This document shows, piece by piece, positions 49,115 through 59,462 of a DNA stretch of 64,000 nt (position 1 is the first letter of the stretch; each line of letters starts with the position of its first letter). The position numbers and the translations under genes are program-made. The DNA is from Erysipelotrichaceae bacterium (GTDB lineage: Bacteria; Bacillota_I; Bacilli_A; RFN20; CAG-826). The notes below the pieces were generated by a model. It was not told the DNA's origin. It made no database searches and saw only the letters and a program-made list of their open reading frames with translations. Location: assembly GCA_015059185.1 (NCBI GenBank), contig SVAY01000006.1, positions 14,070-78,069 on the forward strand. Reading direction: 5' to 3'.

Positions 49115-49843
49115 TCAATAGATTACATCTATCAAGTATAAGCCTTCGCTTGAGGCTTTATATGAAACAATCTCCCTATTCTTTGAATCGAGATGTTTAT
49201 ATATGTAATTAATATCTTCTTTATTAGTCGCTACCGCTAGAGAAGTGCCAATAATATCTCTAATCATATAACGCATAAAACCATTACCAATTAGTTTCAC
49301 GCTGATGATATCGTTATCTTCTTTAACATCAACAGAATATATCTCTCTAATAAAGTTATCTTCATCATCTTCTTTTGAAGTGAAATCTTGAAAGTTATGT
49401 TTCCCAACAAATAACTTTAAACACTCCCTAAAAATATCAATATCAAATGGGTATGGATAATATAAAGTACGACCAAAAATAAATGGATTTTTGTCACCAC
49501 GATTTATTAAGTATTCATAGACCTTCTTTTTAGCACTATAACGTGCGTGGAAATCGTTATCGACTTCCTTCATTTCTTTAATATGGATATCATTTGGTAA
49601 AAGCATATTGGAAGTATAGAGGAGTTTAGCTAAATCAACTTCCTTATTAACTTCAAAATGGAAGGTTTGGCCTTTCGCATGAACTCCAGCATCAGTTCTT
49701 CCACTTCCATAAATATTAATCTCGGTATTTAAGATTTGAGATAAAACTTTTTCTATTTCTTCTTGTACACTATTAGCGTTAATTTGTTTTTGCCAACCAT
49801 GATAAGAAGTTCCTAAATATTCGACAATTGCGAGTAATTTCAT
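49115..49843 (-). CDS. truA: tRNA pseudouridine(38-40) synthase
   Basis: 242 aa with catalytic-Asp region GSGRTDAGVHA. Confidence 0.85.
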   Translation of the reverse strand: MKLLAIVEYLGTSYHGWQKQINANSVQEEIEKVLSQILNTEINIYGSGRTDAGVHAKGQTFHFEVNKEVDLAKLLYTSNMLLPNDIHIKEMKEVDNDFHARYSAKKKVYEYLINRGDKNPFIFGRTLYYPYPFDIDIFRECLKLFVGKHNFQDFTSKEDDEDNFIREIYSVDVKEDNDIISVKLIGNGFMRYMIRDIIGTSLAVATNKEDINYIYKHLDSKNREIVSYKASSEGLYLIDVIY

Positions 49844-49853
49844 GCTAAATCAC

Positions 49854-50732
49854 TTAAATTCCTACTTCTACACCAAAAATAACATTAATGATATCAACCA
49901 CTTCAAAATTGTGATCAATAATGAATAAAGTTAAGACTGCACCAAATATCACTAATACGATAAATAAACCAATAATATCAATAAAATGGAACTGTAATTT
50001 TTGGAAGTGTGTCCTCTTACTTCTAGGATCGTATCCTCTTGCTTCCATCGCGTTAGCTAACTCTTCGCTTCTTTCAATTGCAGAAACAAATAACGGGATA
50101 ATAAGTGAGATGATGGCTCTAAACTTATTTTTAAGTGAACCATGGGAAAAATCTACGCCTCTAGATTCCTGTGCTTTCATTATTCTTTTTGTCTCTTCTA
50201 ATATAGTTGGTATGAAACGTAATGCAATCGAGATAGTCATCGCAATTTCATGAGCAGGAAATCTCACAACTTTTAACGGTGTCATACCCCATTCTAAACC
50301 ACGAGTTAAATCCATTGGTTTAGTGGTTGAAGTCAAAATCATTGTGATACATAACATCATCACTAATCTAAGTAAGATATAGCCACACTGATAGAACGAA
50401 TCCCAGTAAATGTTATAACTACCAATACTAAAGGCAACGTGCGTGTAAGTTGAGTTAGGTAAAAAGATATAAATAATAAGTAAGAAGAGGACTAAAAACC
50501 ACATCCCTTTTAACGATTTAAATAAATCTTTTAAACTTACTTTAGCGATAAGCATAAAGACAAAAAGGAATAATAATATAATGCCTCCAATTATTAAGTT
50601 AGTAGTCCATAAGTTAAATTGAAGGAAGATGCTTACGAAAAATAGAATCATCATCAATAGTTTGTTTCTAGCGTCTAAATGATGAATTGGAGTTTCTCTA
50701 GCGATGTATCTACCAAATGTTATATCGTTCAT
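49854..50732 (-). CDS. ecfT: energy-coupling-factor transporter transmembrane component
   Basis: 292 aa CbiQ-family multi-TM protein in the conserved ecfA-ecfA'-ecfT-truA context. Confidence 0.8.
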   Translation of the reverse strand: MNDITFGRYIARETPIHHLDARNKLLMMILFFVSIFLQFNLWTTNLIIGGIILLFLFVFMLIAKVSLKDLFKSLKGMWFLVLFLLIIYIFLPNSTYTHVAFSIGSYNIYWDSFYQCGYILLRLVMMLCITMILTSTTKPMDLTRGLEWGMTPLKVVRFPAHEIAMTISIALRFIPTILEETKRIMKAQESRGVDFSHGSLKNKFRAIISLIIPLFVSAIERSEELANAMEARGYDPRSKRTHFQKLQFHFIDIIGLFIVLVIFGAVLTLFIIDHNFEVVDIINVIFGVEVGI

Positions 50733-50734
50733 CT

Positions 50735-51568
50735 TTATTTCCTTATATAACTCACTAGGTCACTGATTGTGTGAATCTTATCAAGAGGAATGTTATATCC
50801 TCTTTCATTAAGTTTAGAGGCTAAATCAAAAAGGTAAGGAAGATCTAATGTCTTCTCGTTACGTTTAAATAATTCAACTGGTGTACCATCAAAATCAATC
50901 TTCCCGCCTTTAAGGAAACAGACTCTAGAAGCATAACGATAGACAATATCCATATCGTGCGTAACTAAAATAATGGTTTTACCTTTTTCATTTAGATTCT
51001 TTACTAAGTCCATCACATCTTTACTGCCTTGATAATCTAATCCAGCAGTTGGTTCGTCTAACACTAAAACATCGGGATCAAGAGCGAGGATACCAGCTAT
51101 AGCAACCCTTCTTCTTTCTCCTCCAGATAATTCAAAAGGTGTTCTTTCAAAATATGATTCATCAATCTTTACTAAAGATAATGCTTCTTTAGCTTTTTGA
51201 CGTGCTTCTTCTTCGCTCGCTCCAAAGTTACGAGGACCAAATGCCACATCTTTAATAATTGATTCTTCAAATAATTGATATTCAGGGAATTGGAAAATAA
51301 GGCCAATATGTTTTCTTAAATCATGAAGCTTCTTATTTTTTCTTTTGTTAGGAGTGACAACATATTCATTTACCTCAACCGTCCCACTATCAGGTAAAAG
51401 CAAGGCATTAAGGTGTTGGACTAAAGTAGACTTGCCACTACCTGTTTCTCCAACAAGAGCAACAAAAGAACCATCTTCAATATTAAGTGAGACGTCGTTT
51501 AAAGCAAGGACTTCATTAGGAGTCTTTTTATAGTAAGAATGGGAGACATTATTTACTTTGATTGGCAT
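50735..51568 (-). CDS. ecfA2: ECF transporter ATPase component A2
   Basis: ABC ATPase (GETGSGKST, LSGGERRR). Confidence 0.8.
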   Translation of the reverse strand: MPIKVNNVSHSYYKKTPNEVLALNDVSLNIEDGSFVALVGETGSGKSTLVQHLNALLLPDSGTVEVNEYVVTPNKRKNKKLHDLRKHIGLIFQFPEYQLFEESIIKDVAFGPRNFGASEEEARQKAKEALSLVKIDESYFERTPFELSGGERRRVAIAGILALDPDVLVLDEPTAGLDYQGSKDVMDLVKNLNEKGKTIILVTHDMDIVYRYASRVCFLKGGKIDFDGTPVELFKRNEKTLDLPYLFDLASKLNERGYNIPLDKIHTISDLVSYIRK

Positions 51569-52374
51569 ATCTTTTCTACCGCTTCTTCAATACTAGAAGC
51601 GTCTCCTATATCTAGGCCTACTTTTAAACATTCATCTCGTACATTAAGTAGGAATGGTTTCATCAAATTGCATTCTTTGATTAACTCCTCATTTGAGAAG
51701 ATAACGCTTGGTTTATCATAGGCTCTTAATTCGCCTTTATTTAAGAGCACAACTTTATCTGCTTGATAAGCTTCTTCCACATCATGCGTAATTGAAATAA
51801 TCGTTAAATCTGGCATATTTTTACGCATTTCTTTGATTATTTTACTTATTTCATTTCTTCCACGAGGATCCAACATTGATGTTGCTTCATCAAAAATAAT
51901 GACTTTAGGTTGTAATGCTAAAATGCCTGCAATCGCCACTCTTTGTTTTTGTCCGCCAGAAAGGTTAGTAGGTTCTTTTTTAAGATAATCGATCATCCCT
52001 ACTTTACGTGCAAATTCATCGATAATACCTCTCATATCTTCTTGAGGTACTTGTCTATTTTCTAAGCCAAAAGCAATATCATCTTCAACAGTTGAACCGA
52101 TGAATTGATTATCAGGATTTTGGAAGACGATACCGACTTGACTTCTAATTTTAGAATAATTAGCCTTTTCGAGCTTAAGTCCATTTACTATAATTTCTCC
52201 ACTTTGGAGGGGAAGTAAACCAATGATTAACTTTGCTAAGGTTGATTTCCCGCTTCCATTATGTCCGACTAAAGCAATATAGGAGCCCTCCTCAAGCTCA
52301 AGGCTAAGGTTTTTGATGGCGAATCCTTCTTTGCTATATGAATACGAAACATTCTTGAAGATAATAGTTTTCAT
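51553..52374 (-). CDS. ecfA1: ECF transporter ATPase component A1
   Basis: ABC ATPase (GHNGSGKST, LSGGQKQR). Confidence 0.8.
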   Translation of the reverse strand: MKTIIFKNVSYSYSKEGFAIKNLSLELEEGSYIALVGHNGSGKSTLAKLIIGLLPLQSGEIIVNGLKLEKANYSKIRSQVGIVFQNPDNQFIGSTVEDDIAFGLENRQVPQEDMRGIIDEFARKVGMIDYLKKEPTNLSGGQKQRVAIAGILALQPKVIIFDEATSMLDPRGRNEISKIIKEMRKNMPDLTIISITHDVEEAYQADKVVLLNKGELRAYDKPSVIFSNEELIKECNLMKPFLLNVRDECLKVGLDIGDASSIEEAVEKICQSK

Positions 52375-52402
52375 GTCTCGTATTATAGCACAAGAGCATT
52401 AT

Positions 52403-53017
52403 TTATAAATAATTCTCTTTGATTATTTTTTGGATTTTGTTTTTCATGTTTCTGATTAGGTAGTTTGTTTTGTTACGGGTAAAGTGCAATTCTTCTACAA
52501 TTTCCTTGATGCTATATTGTTTCATCAACAATAATTCGGCTACTTTTTGTTCATTAACAGTTAGTAACTTTTTCTTACCCTTAATATAAGGTTCAAGGAA
52601 CTTCATAATTTCGTTTTCCTTTTCATCCTCTCCCACAACATCACTTAACATGATTACTTCATTGTCATAATAACGTTTGTGGTCAAGTGAGAGTCCTGCG
52701 AATATTTTGCCACCTGCTTCATAAGAATTTGTTCTTACATAATCATAGATGGCATTCTTTACCATGGTTCTCCAATAGGCATAGAACGTTTTATCAATCT
52801 CATCGAACCTTAATACTGCTTCATGCGTTTTAGAGAACGCGATGGCATATAGTTCTTCTAGAGTAATACCAGAGTTCTTTTTAAAGATGTAATAATACTT
52901 GTTCGCAAGATGGAGTGAATAATCACTATACCTTTTGTAAAACACTTTCTCCGCTGCTTGACTGTTGGCCCTAATCAAAAAAATCAGATCTTCGTCTGAC
53001 ATTTCGTTTAATAACAC
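52403..53017 (-). CDS. sigma-70-family alternative sigma factor (SigH-like by position in the cysS-rlmB-sig cluster)
   Basis: Region 2/4-like segments; start taken at GTG 53017 because GGAGG lies 7 nt upstream (the track ORF begins at an upstream GTG). Confidence 0.55.
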   Translation of the reverse strand: MLLNEMSDEDLIFLIRANSQAAEKVFYKRYSDYSLHLANKYYYIFKKNSGITLEELYAIAFSKTHEAVLRFDEIDKTFYAYWRTMVKNAIYDYVRTNSYEAGGKIFAGLSLDHKRYYDNEVIMLSDVVGEDEKENEIMKFLEPYIKGKKKLLTVNEQKVAELLLMKQYSIKEIVEELHFTRNKTNYLIRNMKNKIQKIIKENYL

Positions 53018-53057
53018 TATGTTTCCTCCTTGAACAGGGAGGAACACTAGAGATTAT

Positions 53058-53780
53058 TTATCCTTTTATCTTTGCAAGAAAGATACCTGCTGCTACAGAA
53101 GCATTCAGGGAATTAACTTTTCCATACATTGGAATCTTCACAATAAAGTCGGAGTTTTTGAGAACTAAAGGTGAGATGCCATCTCCCTCATTTCCAATTA
53201 CAAGTACGGTTGGGAAATCATAATCTAAATCAAGATAGCTCTTGTCGCAGTTTCCATCTGCCGCTACTATCCAGAACCCTTTCTTTTTTAAAAGGTCGAG
53301 TGTTTGATTTAGATTACCTACTTGGGCAACTGGAACATAATTAATCGCTCCAGCGCTAGTTTTAGCAACGGTAGCATTTAAACCAACTTGGTCATGCTTA
53401 CCTATCAGTAATCCATTCACTCCAAATATATCGCAACATCTTAATATTGCTCCAAGGTTATGCGGATCAACCACACCATCAAGCAACACTAAAATAGGTT
53501 TCTCAGTTTTTTGACAATTATCTAAGATTTTATCTAACGGAGTAAATTCATACGGCTTAATAACGGCCACTATGCCCTGATGCACTCCGCCTTGTGCTAA
53601 TTCATTAAGTTCATTATTCTGACGCACAATTTGAGGAATTACATGTTCGCGTAGCAATTTTGAAACAGCTTGATCATGGAAAGAATTCGAAACGAAAACT
53701 TTAAGGACTCGATTCGCTACAATTGCTTCCTTGACAGCGTTCCTCCCGTAGATAAAATTGGTGAGATTGTCTTTTTTCAT
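53058..53780 (-). CDS. rlmB: 23S rRNA 2'-O-ribose methyltransferase RlmB (TrmH/SpoU family)
   Basis: SpoU methylase motifs (LVIGNEGDGIS; NVSVAAGI). Confidence 0.75.
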   Translation of the reverse strand: MKKDNLTNFIYGRNAVKEAIVANRVLKVFVSNSFHDQAVSKLLREHVIPQIVRQNNELNELAQGGVHQGIVAVIKPYEFTPLDKILDNCQKTEKPILVLLDGVVDPHNLGAILRCCDIFGVNGLLIGKHDQVGLNATVAKTSAGAINYVPVAQVGNLNQTLDLLKKKGFWIVAADGNCDKSYLDLDYDFPTVLVIGNEGDGISPLVLKNSDFIVKIPMYGKVNSLNASVAAGIFLAKIKG

Positions 53781-53781
53781 A

Positions 53782-55119
53782 TTAGAGTATTTTTCTTTCG
53801 ATTAATGTTTGTCTAATCTCATCACTTTTGGCAAAATCTTTGTTCGCTTTTGCCTCCATATATTGTTGATATAATTTTTTATCATCATCTGTTAATGATG
53901 TATATTTGATATCTAGACCTAAAACAAATAACATGTCGGTTAATGTCTTAAAATAATCATTGAGCAAAACGAGGTCTGGCTCACGTGTTCTAATAGCGGT
54001 ATTGATAAGCTTAATGAGATTAAATAATTCCATTAAAGCATTAGCGGTATTTAAGTCATCTGCAAGTGCTAATAAGAATGGATTAATATATTTAGCTTCA
54101 CCTTTACTCATATCAACATTACTTGTTTGAAGTTTAAGAGCTAATTGGCGATATGCAAATTCAATTTTATTTACTTCTTGCTTTGCCGCTTCAAGAGTAT
54201 CATCAGTAAATGTAACTGGCATTCTATAGTGGGTAGAAATAATCACCATACGAGCTACTGGACCACCAACTTTTGCAATCAAATCCTTTGCAAAAATGAC
54301 ATTTCCTAGAGATTTAGACATTTTTTCATTGCCAAAATTAATAAATGCATTGTGCATCCAATACTTTGCAATCTTATTATTATGTGTTGCTTCTGATTGA
54401 GCGATTTCATTCTCATGATGAGGGAATTTTAAATCGTATCCGCCACCATGCACATCAATAAAGTGACGTGGGAAAATAGTGTCGATCATGACACAGCATT
54501 CTGTGTGCCATCCTGGTCTACCTTTTCCCCAAGGAGAATCCCAATTAATTCCGACATCAGTCTTCTTCCATAAAGCAAAATCGAGTGGGCTTTCTTTTTG
54601 AGTATTTTCTTCAATACGAGCACCGACTTTTAAATCTTCTATATTAATACCACTGAGTGATCCATAATCTAATATTTTGCTCACTCTAAAGTAAACATCA
54701 CCGTTCACTTCATAAGCGGCACCGATCTTAACTAGGTTATCTACATATTTAATAATTGCATCGATATATTCAGTCACTCGAGGAGTGATGTTTGGGAGCA
54801 TCGAACCAATCTTTTGAGTGGCATCTTTAAATGCAGAAATATAAAAATCTGTCAGTTCCTTTTCACTTTTATTTTCTTGCGCTGCACTTTTGATAATTTT
54901 GTCATCTACATCTGTGAAATTGCTGACATAGGTAACATCATAGCCGATATAACTTAAGAAGCGTCTAAATGTATCAAAAACAACAACTGGACGCATATTA
55001 CCAATATGAGGATAGCCGTACACTGTTGGACCACAAACGTACATTGAAACTTTATTAGGTTCAATAGTTTCAAATTTCTCTACTTTATTTGTTAACGAAT
55101 TATAAATTTTTACATCCAT
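53782..55119 (-). CDS. cysS: cysteine--tRNA ligase
   Basis: HIGH-type motif (YPHIGN) and KMSKS motif. Confidence 0.9.
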   Translation of the reverse strand: MDVKIYNSLTNKVEKFETIEPNKVSMYVCGPTVYGYPHIGNMRPVVVFDTFRRFLSYIGYDVTYVSNFTDVDDKIIKSAAQENKSEKELTDFYISAFKDATQKIGSMLPNITPRVTEYIDAIIKYVDNLVKIGAAYEVNGDVYFRVSKILDYGSLSGINIEDLKVGARIEENTQKESPLDFALWKKTDVGINWDSPWGKGRPGWHTECCVMIDTIFPRHFIDVHGGGYDLKFPHHENEIAQSEATHNNKIAKYWMHNAFINFGNEKMSKSLGNVIFAKDLIAKVGGPVARMVIISTHYRMPVTFTDDTLEAAKQEVNKIEFAYRQLALKLQTSNVDMSKGEAKYINPFLLALADDLNTANALMELFNLIKLINTAIRTREPDLVLLNDYFKTLTDMLFVLGLDIKYTSLTDDDKKLYQQYMEAKANKDFAKSDEIRQTLIERKIL

Positions 55120-55130
55120 ATTTCTATCCT

Positions 55131-55646
55131 CTACTTATATAAGATAAATTTTCTTGTGAAATAATTCCATACTAAGCCAACTAATGTTCTTAAACAGAAG
55201 GAGACAAAGTAGGCCCAAAACGCTGCATCTCCCCAGAAGGTAAATGTAAATACTCTTTTAATAATAACATCAACATTTTCATCAATATTAATATTCCACG
55301 CGTTGCGGCACACTAAAGAGCATAATTCCATCGTTCCAACCGATAACCCCCACGCAACTGCACTTAAGACTACAAAAGCAATAATAAAACCTATAGTCTT
55401 AGTTTTATCCTTATTAGATACATTTTTAAAGACCCAGAAGGTACTGAGTAAGTAATTTATCGTGACTCCAACAATAAATCCCGCTGTCGTTGATATTGCA
55501 GTAGCCCAAAAGCCTGTCATACCAGCCTTATTTAAAAGAGCTAGAACCCCATAACTAGTTAAAAAATCTAATAAAGCGCATACCACACCTGTGACAATGA
55601 ATCTAAATAATTCATTACCAGTCGAAATCTTCTCACTTTTTTCCAT
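55131..55646 (-). CDS. GtrA-family membrane protein
   Basis: 171 aa, four TM helices, GtrA-like sequence. Confidence 0.6.
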   Translation of the reverse strand: MEKSEKISTGNELFRFIVTGVVCALLDFLTSYGVLALLNKAGMTGFWATAISTTAGFIVGVTINYLLSTFWVFKNVSNKDKTKTIGFIIAFVVLSAVAWGLSVGTMELCSLVCRNAWNINIDENVDVIIKRVFTFTFWGDAAFWAYFVSFCLRTLVGLVWNYFTRKFILYK

Positions 55647-55695
55647 TAATGAGATTATACATTTTTATTCATCAAATATGAATAATATTAATTAT

Positions 55696-57858
55696 TTACT
55701 TTTGTCTTGAAGTATAGGCTTCATATGGTTCTGGTTTACCATATAAATAACCTTGGAGTCTTTCTACTCCGATACTAGATAAGAAATCAGCTTGTTCTTT
55801 GGTTTCAACACCTTCACATAATGTACCAATGCCAAGTGTCTTAGCCATCTCAACAACTGAGCCAATAATAGTTTTAGCTTTAGGATTAGAACCAAAAGAA
55901 GAAAGGAAAGCCATATCGAGCTTAAGAACATCAAACGAGAAGTCTTTAAGAACATTGAAGGAAGAATAACCACTACCAAAGTCATCAAGCCAAACTTTAT
56001 AACCAAACTTATGTAATCTATCGATAGCGTATTTAAGTTTATCTTGATCATCCATTAAAGCACTTTCAGTGATTTCAATATGCAATAAGTCTTTATCAAT
56101 TTGATATTCATTCACCACTTCTTCAATCATCGAAACAATATCAACAGTGATGAAATCCATACGCGAGAAGTTAATGGATAAAGCAAGTGGTTTATTACCC
56201 GCATCAATCTCTTCCCTAAGATGTTTACAAGCATTACGTAACATCGCAATATCAAGTTTATGAATCAATCTCGCATTCTCAAGTTGAGGAACAAAGACAA
56301 CAGGAGAAAGCATACCATACTTAGGATCTATCCATCTCACTAATACTTCCGCTCCGATAAGCTTTTTATCTTTACTAGCCACAACCGGTTGATAATAAGG
56401 TTTTAAATAATTTGATTCAATTGCTTCATCGATATGACGAACGACATATTGATTCAAACGATATTGGTCGTGCATCTTTTCATCATAGAAAGAGATGTCC
56501 CCAAGGCTCTTATTTCTCGCTTCTGTATAAGCATAACGAGCTTTCTCAACACCCTCTCTAGATGGCTCTTCTTTTTTCACAAATGTATATGCACCAAATT
56601 TCACGTCTGGACGGACGATTGGTTCGTATTCTTTAATCTTTTCGTTGAGGATTTGCACTTTATTTTCAATATCTATGTTTTCTGTGAATAAGGCGTAATG
56701 GTCGTCAGCTTGGCGAGAAATATAACCACCAAAAATCTCTCTTAATAATTCTCCAATCTTGATTAAGAATTCATTTCCTTTAAGATATCCTTTTTGGTCA
56801 TTAATAACTTTAAAGCCCACAACGTCTACGAATAAAAATACCCATTCGTTCTTTTTCACTGTATCTTCTTTAATCACCTTATTAACAGTAGAGGTGAAAT
56901 ATTCAAAAGACATCAAATCAGTTAATGGATCTTTAGTCGCTAAATATTCTAATTCTTCATCCTTCTCTGCCTCGTTCACACGTTGGACATAGATTGATAT
57001 ACAAATCATCGTTAAGGAGATTAAGAAGGTAATGTAGTTAACCAAGTCACCTTCAGGGAATTTACGAGGTGAGACAGTATATTCAAGTAATAAATAAAAT
57101 CCAATAAATATCGATCCGATGATAGCGATAGAAACATATGGTTTCCAAATGAGCAAGCAACCAACATACATCGCCATCATTAAGAAACATATAATTTGCT
57201 TATAATCTGGGTTAGGAACAAGTTGACCGTCTATTGTTCTCACACTAGAGAAGTCTCCATAAGATACTTTCATGCCAAATGAAAGACACACTAAAGCGAA
57301 TAATGAGATGGTGACAACTGTAGGAATATAGTTCTTCTTACCACCACGATAATGGTAGACGGAGAAGATAATAACAAAGATATTAAATAAAGCGATAGAC
57401 GCATATAAAGAAATAAGAAGATATAAAGGAACACCGACTATTGGTCTTTTACTATAAATAAATTCAAATGGCATCAAAGCACAGAAAGCAAGAGAAATAG
57501 CAGCAGGAATAAGGATACTGATTAGTTTCTTTTTATTACCATTAATCTTTTTATACCCTAAACAAGCAAAGAACATCGTAACGCCAAACGAAAGAAGTAG
57601 CCAGAAGTTAGATGTATTTAAAAACACCACCTTAAATAAGGAATTAGTGTTACTAGGATCCGTCATTGTTGGAATAATGTATTTGTTTGTTTGACGGATT
57701 AAAAGCCATATTTCAAGAACGAAGATAATGGCTGACATAAAAACGCCAGAACGAACGTTAGCTTCATTAAGATAATCTCTTACGTACTTGCTATTTGAGT
57801 GTAAACCAAAAATACGTCTAATGTTGTTCCAAGCGTTTTGAAAAAATGTTTTCATCAT
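55696..57858 (-). CDS. integral-membrane c-di-GMP signalling protein: N-terminal multi-TM domain, degenerate GGDEF domain, intact EAL phosphodiesterase domain
   Basis: The GGDEF position reads RQADDHY; EAL motifs EVLVRW, DDFGSGYSS and EGVE are present. Confidence 0.7.
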   Translation of the reverse strand: MMKTFFQNAWNNIRRIFGLHSNSKYVRDYLNEANVRSGVFMSAIIFVLEIWLLIRQTNKYIIPTMTDPSNTNSLFKVVFLNTSNFWLLLSFGVTMFFACLGYKKINGNKKKLISILIPAAISLAFCALMPFEFIYSKRPIVGVPLYLLISLYASIALFNIFVIIFSVYHYRGGKKNYIPTVVTISLFALVCLSFGMKVSYGDFSSVRTIDGQLVPNPDYKQIICFLMMAMYVGCLLIWKPYVSIAIIGSIFIGFYLLLEYTVSPRKFPEGDLVNYITFLISLTMICISIYVQRVNEAEKDEELEYLATKDPLTDLMSFEYFTSTVNKVIKEDTVKKNEWVFLFVDVVGFKVINDQKGYLKGNEFLIKIGELLREIFGGYISRQADDHYALFTENIDIENKVQILNEKIKEYEPIVRPDVKFGAYTFVKKEEPSREGVEKARYAYTEARNKSLGDISFYDEKMHDQYRLNQYVVRHIDEAIESNYLKPYYQPVVASKDKKLIGAEVLVRWIDPKYGMLSPVVFVPQLENARLIHKLDIAMLRNACKHLREEIDAGNKPLALSINFSRMDFITVDIVSMIEEVVNEYQIDKDLLHIEITESALMDDQDKLKYAIDRLHKFGYKVWLDDFGSGYSSFNVLKDFSFDVLKLDMAFLSSFGSNPKAKTIIGSVVEMAKTLGIGTLCEGVETKEQADFLSSIGVERLQGYLYGKPEPYEAYTSRQK

Positions 57859-58041
57859 TTTTAGAATACAACTTTTTATATAAGTTGTTGAAGAGTTTTC
57901 TTATTTTCCTTTCTAAATTGGACAAATGACCATTTTTTGAAAAGATGTAAAGTTATCTTTACATAATTTTTTTCTCAAAATTGATGCTTTTTTATTTATT
58001 TTTATTTAATAAATGGATATTATTATGCAGTGGTGAATAAT

Positions 58042-59460
58042 ATGAAATATAACGTAGTACTCGTCGGAGCTGGTCCTGCTGGATATTTTGCAGCTTACGA
58101 ATTAACAAAAATCAACCCATCTTTAAAGGTGGCTTTAATCGACCGTGGTCATAGCATTGAGAAAAGAAGATGCCCAGTGCTTGAACACAGAATCCAAAAA
58201 TGCCCAATCGGCAAAGGTGGCAGCCTAGGAGAATGTGCTCCTGCATGTTCCATTACCAATGGTTTTGGTGGAGCAGGTGCTTATTCAGATGGTAAATTCA
58301 ACATTACAACTGAATTCGGTGGTTGGTTAACTGACTACATCAGTGATGAAGAATTATTAGACTTAATCAATTATGTTGATCAAATCAATCTTTCATTCGG
58401 TGCAACTGAAACCATCACTAATCCAAACACTCCTGAAGTCAAAGCTATTGAACTTAGAGCGATGTCTGCTGGACTCAAACTATTAAGAAGTAGAGTGAGG
58501 CATTTAGGTACAGAAGAAAACTTAAAGATCTTAACTAAAATCTCTAACTATTTAAGTGACAAGATTGATATGTACTTTGGAACAAAAGTTGAAGATATCA
58601 TTGTCGAAGATAATGTGGTTAAAGGTGTTGTCCTTCAAGATGGTACCAAGTTTGAAGCTGATTATGTGGCCTTAAGCGTTGGTAGAGAAGGAAGTAAGTG
58701 GCTCAATGAAATCTTAGAAAGACGCGGAGTCAAGATGAGCCAAACCCAAGTTGATTTAGGTGTTCGTGTCGAATGTCCTAACTTGATCATGGAAGAAATC
58801 AATAACACCTTATATGAAGGTAAATTCTTATACAAAACCTCAACTGGAAATACAGTGAGAACTTTCTGTTCCAATCCAGGTGGACACGTCGTTGTTGAAA
58901 ACTATGAAGGTGTTGTGAACGTTAATGGTCACTCCTATAACGATTCAAAACTCAGTAGTAACAACACCAACTTCGCTTTACTTGTTTCACATCACTTTAC
59001 TGAACCATTTAAAGAACCAAATGAATATGCCAAAAAGATCTCATCCCTTGCTAACCAATTAGCGTGTGGAGGCGTTATTGTTCAAAGATATGGCGATATC
59101 CTTTTAGGTAGAAGATCTACTGAGAAAAGAATCAAAGAAGGCTTTGTTAAACCAACATTAAAAGAAGCGGTTCCTGGCGACTTAACTCTTTGCATTCCTC
59201 AAAAAACTATGCAATCCATCATCGAAATGATTCAAGTCTTAGATAAAATCACTCCAGGTATTGCTACAGAACACACCTTATTATATGGAGTAGAAGCTAA
59301 ATATTATTCTGCTCACCCAAACATCGATGAAAAACTTGAAGTGAGAGAAATTAAAAATCTCTATGTCGGTGGAGATGGCGCAGGTCTCACAAGAGGCTTA
59401 GCCCAAGCCGGAGCTTCAGGTGTATATATCGCAAGAAATATTGCGGGAAAGGTCAAATAA
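58042..59460 (+). CDS. FAD-dependent dehydrogenase-like flavoprotein (COG2509-type) with a Cys-rich insert
   Basis: N-terminal GAGPAG dinucleotide-binding motif; CPVLEHRIQKCPIGKGGSLGECAPAC cluster; start at ATG 58042 after GGTGA. Confidence 0.55.
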   Translation: MKYNVVLVGAGPAGYFAAYELTKINPSLKVALIDRGHSIEKRRCPVLEHRIQKCPIGKGGSLGECAPACSITNGFGGAGAYSDGKFNITTEFGGWLTDYISDEELLDLINYVDQINLSFGATETITNPNTPEVKAIELRAMSAGLKLLRSRVRHLGTEENLKILTKISNYLSDKIDMYFGTKVEDIIVEDNVVKGVVLQDGTKFEADYVALSVGREGSKWLNEILERRGVKMSQTQVDLGVRVECPNLIMEEINNTLYEGKFLYKTSTGNTVRTFCSNPGGHVVVENYEGVVNVNGHSYNDSKLSSNNTNFALLVSHHFTEPFKEPNEYAKKISSLANQLACGGVIVQRYGDILLGRRSTEKRIKEGFVKPTLKEAVPGDLTLCIPQKTMQSIIEMIQVLDKITPGIATEHTLLYGVEAKYYSAHPNIDEKLEVREIKNLYVGGDGAGLTRGLAQAGASGVYIARNIAGKVK

Positions 59461-59462
59461 CT

